From Tubulanus polymorphus (lineage: Eukaryota > Animalia > Nemertea), in contig NC_134026.1 in assembly GCF_964204645.1 (NCBI RefSeq), positions 3,309,950 through 3,373,949 on the forward strand: DNA of 64,000 nt. Direction: 5' to 3'. Below, piece after piece: positions 54,154 to 64,000 of this stretch (positions within the stretch are counted from its first letter, which is position 1; each line of letters opens with the position of its first letter). Made by a program: the position numbers and the translations under genes. The notes under the pieces are model-generated. The model was not told the DNA's origin. It made no database searches and worked only from the letters and a program-made list of their open reading frames with translations.

Positions 54154-57100
54154 TTATCTGTATTCAGTAGATCTGGCAGGTGACATTCTCAGTGAAGTGC
54201 TATCCTGTGCGCTCTGGTGTTGTAATTGAGAATATGCGCGTTCCAACTGCATTAAATCCTGCAATCGAAAAAATTACATGATATATTCCTGATTTAAAAT
54301 AAAAACAAATTGATCCGAGCGTTTTAAGTTTTGTTTGTTCAACTAATGGATATGCTTATATGTATCCAAATGACTAAAGATATTTAGTGGCAGGGCAGGT
54401 TCACATCTGTAAACACAATTAAGAGAAATTGCTTTTGGCTAGGTAAATAATTTGTGAAGTTATTCTGGTTGACAGTTTCTCTGATTCGATTAGTTAATGA
54501 TATATGTAGACGGGTGTTGGCCTTACGGGTAGCAACTTTTACATCGGTCTCTAGCGAGTAAAATTACAATTTTCGAAATGACTTTAAGATATACTCATTA
54601 CTTAATCGAGTTATTCGCCAAAAGAAACAAAAATACATTAGTTATGATGTTAGACATGTTAAAAAAGAAAGTCCTCTCGATTCAAAATCCAATCAATATA
54701 AAATGTAATGCAGAGGTTAGACAGTTCTAAACCAACACACCGATATAAATGTACATTATATGTATTTTTCATATAAGATGGTAACACTAACATTGACTAT
54801 ACTAATTATGTACATTCTATTTCTTTATTTCACTGATCTTTTCCAGTAATCCATTTTTGGCCTGGAAGAAATTTACACAAGTTGATCTTTCAAAATTACA
54901 ACTAAACAATACAGGAGCTACATTAACGCATGGTTAACTGATCAATGCTAACCTTAGTTTGATGAGTTAAAGATCCTTGTAATTTGGCAATTTCTGACAT
55001 CTTGTCTGTCATGATATTTTCATTTCTTTGGGCTCGTTCTTCTGCCAGGTCTGCTCTTAATTCCGCCTGCTTTATTCTCTGTTCTAGATTTCGAACCATA
55101 TCCGATGATTTCGGGCTACCCTGTAATGAACAATTTTAATTTCGTCACAAGAGATCAACCGTTTATTCCATCAGATACAGAGATTCCTGGCATAGTCGCA
55201 TTGATTATCTACTGGTTGGCCCTCGAAACTTTAATTACAATGATTGCTCGAGTGTAAATGACTGATAGAAAGTTAAATTAGATATCTAAATGTCAAATAT
55301 TCATTCGAAAGTCACCCTTCTCTTGCCTGATAGATCAGGTGCTATTTGCATTTCAGAACAAGATGATCATCATTAGCTTATAAGAAATCACTTTTAATTC
55401 ATAATATCAACATAAATGTAGTATACAGAGGGAAATCTAAATGGTCTACAAATTGTGATGTCTCAAAAGCGGTTTCACTGGGTTTCTTAATGAGTCTCGA
55501 TGCTATCGGGTTTAAACCGCATTATCTTATCTTAAGTTAGATATACTTACCATATCGTTAATGGAAGATAAATTTGGTATAGACGAACTAATCGAGTGTC
55601 TTTTCAGTTTCATATTTTCAGCTCGTAGCTCTTTAACTCGTTCCTGTAAAGTGCGCAGCAATTTGATAGCGCTGTGTTCGTCGTTTCCTGCACTGGCCGT
55701 CGTGCCGTTTTGTTGTACCTGAGCCGTAAGTCGAGTAACTTCTCGTTCCAAACGATCCATCTCTCGTTGTTGTTGTACGTTCAACTTGTCTTTATCGCGG
55801 CCGACTCGTTTCATTTCACGCGTGCGCCTGAAGGAAATAGATTATTACGTTCGTTAAAATTCAAACCGTCAGTCAATTATTTCTAAATTTCAAATTACTG
55901 GTAACTTTGAAAAGGTTAACAGAGAATTTTCCTCTGAAGAGTCGACTTACTTTTCTAATTCTCTGTTCAATTCTTCTTCGAATTTTCGCGCGAATTTCTC
56001 CGCGACTTCCTCCTTCCATTTGGCCATATTTTTCTGGATCTCGCGTAGTTCATTATCTTTGGCGGCGAGAGTCGATTTCAGTCCGGAGTCTTTTGTCATT
56101 TGTTGAATGCGATTCAGTTCGCCGAGGTGATCCTACACGAAACACAAAAATTTTCAGTAACATTCTCGTTGAAATATTCTTTAACCTTTCCAGAGCTAAC
56201 GCGAAACCTGTAAATTAATGAGCTGGTCGTATCAGCAACTCTATGGGTAATATACCGTATCATTTTCAAAGGTGTGTCATTTTAAGGAAAACATTAGAAA
56301 AGTGACGAAGCGCAACATCGGAAATTCTAGAAGTAATGCGATACAAAGCGAATGCCAAATGTCAGATAGCTTTGAAATGAAATGGCAATGATGTCAATAT
56401 AATATTCAGGAGTATTGTCTTTTGACAGGGCTCGTATTAAGACGATAAATATAATATGTTACTGATGATTGTGTCGTAATCTCAAGCCGCTTGTGCACAA
56501 AATTACTGCGTGTCAATTGACTAATTTGAATTTATTTCGGAACCAATCTGCTTGATGAGAACAGGAAAAGCAAACCATTATGCATGGGCAGTGGTGTAAT
56601 TAATTTCACATTTGCTTAATATGAGAAACTCTTGAGACTCAAATCAATATGCAATTCACCGTTCAGTGCAGTTCTCAAATCTGTGTAGAGACTACGCGTA
56701 ATAGTATTACACCATTACCTTAATGAGACGTTCCCTGAGCTGATCCATTTCCTTATTTTTATCTGCGTACAATTTCTCCTTGAGAGCTTCTAATTCCGAG
56801 TGCTGAAAATATGAAACACATTCATGATAAACAATTTCGTGGCGATGAGCAACTTTCTTTGATTCCAAAAATCGCCAATTTTATATTGTACTCGGGAATT
56901 AGAACCTACTTTGTCTTTTTGAACTTTGAGAACCAACTGTTTTGTCGTGTCCATTTCCGTTTTCAGTTCTTGGACAAATTTGCGCAGTTCCTCATTTGCA
57001 GCGCGCAGATTTGCCTGCAATAGAAAATTTAAGAGATAAAAAAAGTACTCGTAAAGAAAGGTACTGGTATGCGCAATACTTGTTTTCGAGTTAGAATACG

Positions 57101-60100
57101 TACCAGGGCTGCCATAGTGGCTGACTTATGAGATAATGGCTTTCCAGATTCTTCATTGAAGCTACGTAAAAAATAGAAATTTTATTTACTAATTGCGCAA
57201 CCCAATATCGTCAATCTAATCACCTAAAACGACCCGACGCAATTAAGCTAATGGTAGCCGAGCCAATAGAAGAATAACCGTAAGCGCGAGGCACTTAGGT
57301 AATAAAGAGAAAATCTAAATCTCCTGGCTTGATGCAGTACGGTGTTTTCACCCCGTTGATTGAAATACGTACTTGCTCGGATTGACCTTGCGAGGGTTGA
57401 TGCCTAATAGCAGCGCGGTTTTGCGACAGTCTTCATTGATTTCATGCACGACGGTTTTCTCTTGCTTCTCGATGAATGAAACATTGTCGTGTTCTCGCGA
57501 TTCTTGCGCTTGTCGTTCGGCGGTCAGGAGTTCGATGCTTTGTTGTTGTTGTTGTAGCGATTCTTGTTGCGCCTGTAAATCCGACTGCAGTTTTCGCAGT
57601 TCCTGATTAAGATGAGAAAAAAAAACTTTTACATAACACAGTGAATATCACAACCTTGGTAAAACGATGTTGAACATAATCGTGCAGTAATTACTTATAT
57701 ATCATCATCGCCAGTACTTACATCTTCGTAGTTATGTTTAAGGGCTTCAATTTCGGCATCCCGTTCTTGGCGAGCGAGTTCTTTAGCTTTATTGACAGCT
57801 GACAATTTATCTTGGAATGCCTGACGATTTTGAACGCGCTGTTCTTCGAGCTCCTATGCACGATGAAAAAAATGACAAGATTGTTTAAAAAATGACAAGA
57901 TTGTTTAAGACAGTAAATGAAAGTAAAGCAGCAAACTATGTATGGACATGCTAGAATTTCAATGAAAATTCCGGTGAAATATAATTTTTTTGCTGTATTT
58001 TCAGTCACTACACATTTCTCGCCATTGTATTCAGACAGCGCTACAAAAAATATATTGATCGATCGAATTGATTTTCAAGGCATCAATGACACTCCCTGAT
58101 ACTGATCGTAACTTTTTATAATTACTCGATCACATACGCAGCGTCACGGCAATAGAAATGAACACACCCAATCAAGAAATCCATAAAATATGGGCAATTT
58201 TTATCACGGAGATTGAATACTTCGTAAAATATTTACGCCCCGAATTTCAAGCGCCGTTCAGGAAATGTCGACTTTCTGAATACACGAGATATCGACTTCC
58301 TCACGAGCTGATTTAAGTGGCATCCCTTATGTATATCGAAACTTCAATTAGAATTGACCGGGATAAGCATCTGTTGATTGAAATTCCGAGCAACACCCGT
58401 AGCGGTATTTAGGCGTGACTTCAGCGCGTAGATTACGCAAGAAAGCATCGATACATATCGGGTCTGTTTAACCGTTCTAATGACACACCGGGGTACGCTA
58501 ATCAATGTCCAATAACGCCGGCGGGATCGCAACTGATGAAATGATACGATCCGCTATAGACAGCGATCAATATCTCATCACCTGAAAGCTGCGATTACAA
58601 TTATCAGCTAACTAATACAATTTGTACCAGGGGATAATGCATATCTATGATGGGATCTGTTGTCTGGTCACAGAGCAGCTATTAGGGGACCATTCAAACA
58701 GTACGTACCCAGAAATTACTTATCGCAGGGATTCTGCGACCAATACCACAGACCATAATGTCATAAATAATAAATAGATAGCGTATGGTCGATATTTTAG
58801 CTAATTTTCTAACCCCTATTAGCCGTGTACAGACAGCCCTTTTTGGCATGATGTTCATAGGTACAAAATGGGCATCAAACAACCACCAAGCTCATAATTT
58901 TGCACAGACCTAATGAAAGGCACTTAGATTCTGATAGGGAAGGGAGGCAGAGGCCGATTTGATCGTAAAATATGCCAAGTACACTGAGATCTACAGGCCT
59001 TGAGCTAGACCTTGTATCTTGTCAACAAAAACCTACTCCATTCAATCAGGCAAAATAGTCGGGTGTTATGGCTGACGTGGAACGGATGAAAATGGTAAAA
59101 ATTGCGATGAGCTAAGTTCGAATATGAAAACATATTTGTCATATTTCACTGAATCGTAGATTCAACATATTACTCATACTGCATAAATATTTTAGCTAAT
59201 TCTAAAAGAAACAGTAAACAATACTCTCCATACTAGACGTCGATGTGAAATCTGCATTACATAATCAATTGTAAAATGAAACCTAAGAACGCATGTTTTC
59301 TCTGATGGCAACCCACGCAACTCGCTTCATCATAGGAACGCATTGATTTCAGTGCGGTAAACGACTGCGTTCTGTTCTATAAATGAAATACATCGCCGCC
59401 GGCGCGAAGCAGTGTTTCCAATTGCCAGAATAAAGCAAAAATATATACGCGTGTATAGTTGTTTATACGAGGAGTAGACTTTATTTTCAGGATCGATGAT
59501 GAAACGATGCCAAATACCGATCTGCGCCGTGATTTAAACGCGTGCTAATACGACACAAAGTTGGTCGAAGTACTTTCATAACAGAGCGATGGCTCAAGGG
59601 ACACCGATCGAGTTGTAGCGGAGCGAAGACGCCCGTGGAACTTACGAGAACGCTCTAACGTTTAAAAACACGAAATCAAAAAAAGAAGAAAAAAAGATCA
59701 TAAACTATTACCGAAACTCATGAATTCGTAATCAGCTTAGAGCGTCCATTAAGCGGACAAACATGGCTGACGTGAATAAGATAGAAGTTCACCCCGTTAA
59801 TAGCCAATGTCAGAGCGCAAATAACCACATCGCGAAAGGAAAAAATCTCATTAAGCCTCAGCTACGAGAGGCTATTGTTTAGCCAACAGGAATCGTTTTC
59901 TCTCGCCTCCAGGACACCGAACACGTGTGACACGAGAAAAATATTGCCGGCACATATTCGATTCCCGTTACAGAACTCACCCTGATAGAATATTCTCCTC
60001 GCGTGTGACGAGGCAGGAGTTGAACGACAGTCATGCAAGATTCGCGACAAAAAAAAAATACCCAATTCGCTCGTAACCCGTTCGCTTGTAAAATAAATCG

Positions 60101-63100
60101 TGCGAACGATGATATTCAAATCATGCGCGTAGAATGAAATCAGATAAGGGTCTGTGAAAAAAAAAACTAATTTGTCTAAGCCATTCAGGTATGAAGTAAA
60201 GAAATGCATTCGAAAAATACTAACTGCTTTCATGATGTCTATTTGTCGCTCGAGGTGTGTGCTGATTTGTCGTTCACGCTCCGACTCTTCTTTCGCCTTT
60301 TGAACGGCTTTCGAGGATTCTTCACCGATTTTCGTGAGCTCTCGTTTCCACAGACGATCGCGTTCCTCTTCCAGGTTTTTCAGCTCTTCGTTCAGCAGGT
60401 CTTTCATCTACGAGAATGTGAAGAGGATTCATTAGACGGAGAACGATACGCGACACGACGGTAAGATGCAACCGCGTAGGAAACTTCAGTAATAGGTAAT
60501 AATTCACACTCAACTACGCCTAACATACGACATGCATAACCATTATTCCACACGAAAACTAACTTGAATGTTTATTGACCCCTCGAAAAAGGACCCATAT
60601 ATTGCGTCATATTGTCGATAATGAATAACATAATATAAATTATATAATATTAATCAAATATATGGATAATTTAATTTAATTGACCGGCAACCAGTCTATC
60701 CCCGGTTTATTCATGATGTAGTGCATAACCCCTCAAAAGATAATTCTTAAAATTCGTCAAATACGAAATAAGAGTTATGAAATATATTCAATGACAAAAT
60801 AAACGTCAAAATTCGCAATTGTAATTGTTATTTTGAAACGTCAATATTGATGATGTAGTACATCGAATCACAGAACCCCTTCAATAACGCATGTAGTAAT
60901 CGAAATGTATAAACATTATTGTTTTTATGGCGTCAAAAATATGAATATTGAAAACAGAATTGAGAGCCTCAAATTTGAATAGGAGACAAATCAATACATC
61001 GCAACACTTGTTTAACGCAGCAAGTGCAGTTATAGAAATTACACGATGAATTCTATATTTTTTCGTACTGACAGCAGCGTACTGACCTCCTGGCTCGTTT
61101 CCTGCTTGATACGATCGCCTAAACTCTGCTGCACTTCTTCCAATTCGCGTAGGCGTTCCCTCAACGTTAAATTCTCCTCGTCGCGAGCCTGAAATAAATG
61201 AAAACGATAGAAGATTATTTCCATTCTGTCCTGTTTATTAATAACCGTAGGGATGGGAATTTCATCGGATTCAATTACATTCGAGTAAGCGCTAATACCT
61301 AATAAGATATTTTGAAAGCCTATAATCAAATATGCATGAAATCACATTTTCTGTGTACTGTATAATCTATGTAACGATAATACGATATAAATATGGACAA
61401 AGGCGATGATATCACCAGATATTATATTCTCATTATCAATTCATTCCACATTTCTGTCTAGAGCCGGATTAACCATTTTTATGCATCGCAAAACTTACGA
61501 TTAATTCTTCGTGATGAAGCGCAACTTGTTCCGCTAATTTCGTCTCCGTTCTGACGATGAGGTCTCGTCTTTCGAGTTCGAACTTCTGTTGAACCTCGTT
61601 CAAAGCGTTCTTCTTGTCGGCGTACGAATTTTCGCGCATTTCTTTCAACAGTTTATCCTGAAATGAAAACATATTTCCAAATTCAAATATCACATATTTT
61701 CCATGTACAGATACGCGCGAGGTACCAAAGCCTTAGAACTGATCTGGAACTGTATATTGTAATTCCGATGGCAAATACCTTTTCCTTTCGAATAGTATCA
61801 ACCTCTGCTTTTAAATCAACGGACTGTCGTTCTCTGACCTCTCGTTCATGTTTCAAGTCGGACTCCAGATCGAGCACTTGGTTCCTACAGATACAGGATG
61901 GGATAAACGCGTGATAATTCTAAAATCACAGACAATTCAACATTCGGATAAGATGTCATTTAGATTTGGTCCTCTGGTCTGCGGCAATTGGCAATAGATA
62001 GTGATACAACTGGCAGATAAGAATAAGTCACAACAATCTAACCTCAAGAAACAATAAGAATATAGTACAAATATCTACGTTGATTTGATCGATACGCATA
62101 TACACATGCATTTATACATTTCCGCGGGTTTTAACTCAATATATAGCTTATATTTCGTATATCACCATTTTGTTTCGGGATCAATAATCGCAGAAGAAAT
62201 AAAAGTCGTTATTTATATCGATATTACACGGTATGTACTGGTATATATGTAGAATATATACAGCTACTGTTATCTGAATTACTGTACATATGTATACATG
62301 TACATTTTACTGTACATGTATACATGTACATTAAATGACTACCGTTTAGTATTGTCATAGTAATAGTAAATCTAATTTGCCATTCAAATATCAGATACTA
62401 TCAGATAAAATAAGCTTAGGGTGATAAATAATCATCACTAGTGTTACTGGCAAGCGCTGAGTGAAATTTCATTTGTCAATGATAGGAATTCTTTGAAATC
62501 TTGATAAGGTTATGCGATAAAAACTGGCGGGATGAGCACACGTGAGTTCGTTCCATCCCTCTCTCGCGATCACTGCGATCACGTATGTCACATGCAAAGA
62601 GATGGATGTTTTCTGAGATTTCTATTTCCTGTGGGAGGGTGACAAGTCCGCGGCAAAATGAATTACGGAGAGAGCACGTGTCAATTCCACCTGCTTTCTA
62701 CATATCACACCGGCAAATATTTACACAATGAACAAGAATGTAAATAAGTCCGAAGCCGAAGACTGCCATGGGAGGCAAACACAATGACACTACACCGTGT
62801 CGTAAAGTACATGCATAATGACCAGGTGAGATAAATCTAACCTAAGCCAAAAGCTTTATGTACAGTTTACATAAACCGAATGACCAAAGTCCATAAAACA
62901 GTTGATGACCGGATATTGGATCGAAAAAATATTCAGTAAACAGCTCTATGTTTTAGACTACATTGATGACACGATGCCACATGAAGCAGATGCTTATACT
63001 TAGAAATTAGAATGCACATCACATAAGTGTCACTAATACTGCTTTATGAAATGAATCGAATCAAAATTATAATCCTATTCCAACAGGATATTATCTTATA

Positions 63101-63819
63101 TATGATACATGGCAGCTGTACAATACCATGTAATATACCATGTATTAATAGCAGTGCTTGTTGCTAATGGAAAAGCTAGATTTGCACTGCGCAGCCTCGC
63201 TTCATTCAGTATTTGATCGAGGTCAATATGAATCAGTGCTGACGGTAATCTTTCGAAAATGTCAGAGATCCTTTGAACGCGATTCACAATTCTAATCTAC
63301 CTTAATCTCGAATTGACGTCATTTTTGCCATCAATTTCCTCCGTCAGGGCGGCGGCTTTCAGGTTGGCCTTGTCGATTTCATCTTTTAACTTCTCGATCT
63401 CTTCGTGCGCGCGTTTGTGCAATTCGGATAACTCTTTTTGAAGTTTCTGACGTATGTCTTCGTACTCGGATTCTTTTTCCTACAAAAATTCGAAAACGAT
63501 ATAAATTTTCGTTCGTCGAACGAACGTTAAAAAATGCACACGCGGCACTCGAATAGAATACGGCAGCAGAATTCGACAAATCTCTAAATTCAATCACGTC
63601 AACGGCGACACTTTTCATGCCTCGTCGATTTCGCCGAACGCTTGTAAAACGTCATTAATTAGATATTGCCGTAGGTTCTACACCGGAACGTACCCCGAGG
63701 ACGTGGTCTCGTTCGTAAATAACAGCGTTACATTTCTGTCGTTCCTCATCTAACGCAGCCGCCAGCTCAGCCCGGGAAACTTCCGATTCTTCCAGACGCG
63801 ATGATAAGGAATCAATTTT
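54154..63819 (-). CDS. Large coiled-coil protein, 3' portion (5' end beyond the window); family not identified
   Basis: About 15 spliceable E/K/R/Q/L-rich exons, e.g. EKESEYEDIRQKLQKELSELH, DKLLKEMRENSYADKK, EINEDCRKTALLLGINPRK, AALANLRAANEELRKFVQELK, KEKLYADKNKEMDQLRERLIK, DLMQLERAYSQL..STEYR-TAA (54154). Confidence 0.8.
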
Positions 63820-64000
63820 CTAAACAAAAAAAAAGAAGTAAAAATCGGAGATCGTAAGAAATTACAAGTCCCCTTCACAAAGCTCATTTGGTCCATAGAT
63901 TTGTTGTGTCATGTTCCACAGGCTCGCTCAGAATGTGTTATAACACTTCTTTTCAAAACAATTTTCTGGGGGCAGACCCCACTTATGTGGCGCCCACAAT

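Noticed and set aside
54953-55120. Suspected frameshift in a coiled-coil gene exon
   Set aside because: Re-reading gives a continuous frame (RAQRNENIMTDKMSEIAKLQGSLTHQTK).

Overview
AT-rich, gene-dense animal (invertebrate, probably lophotrochozoan-like; inferred from short GT-AG introns and gene content) nuclear DNA, not prokaryotic. In order: first coding exon of a clarin-like gene (-), BRD8 (+), an NK3/bagpipe (NKX3-2) homeobox gene (-), a tRNA-Val(AAC) (-), POLDIP2 (+), an orphan 273-aa single-exon ORF (+), a myosin regulatory light chain (-), FAAP24 (+), SLC66A3/PQLC3 (-), RSPH10B (+), two tandem prostanoid (EP-type) GPCR genes (-), and the 3' part of a large coiled-coil gene (-) that runs off the right end. 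MITE-like inverted-repeat elements and truncated LINE 3' ends are scattered through it. I could not support a wholly new multi-gene system. The best leads are: a reading-frame break in one prostanoid receptor paralog, a U12-type minor intron in SLC66A3, a myosin RLC with a non-canonical phosphorylation motif, a tRNA-Val with a TAC-type body but AAC anticodon and U73, an orphan gene, and an NK3 gene with no NK-cluster neighbour in the window that is bracketed by a CTCF consensus site and a tRNA gene. Gene identities come from manual translation and recalled family motifs, not from database searches.
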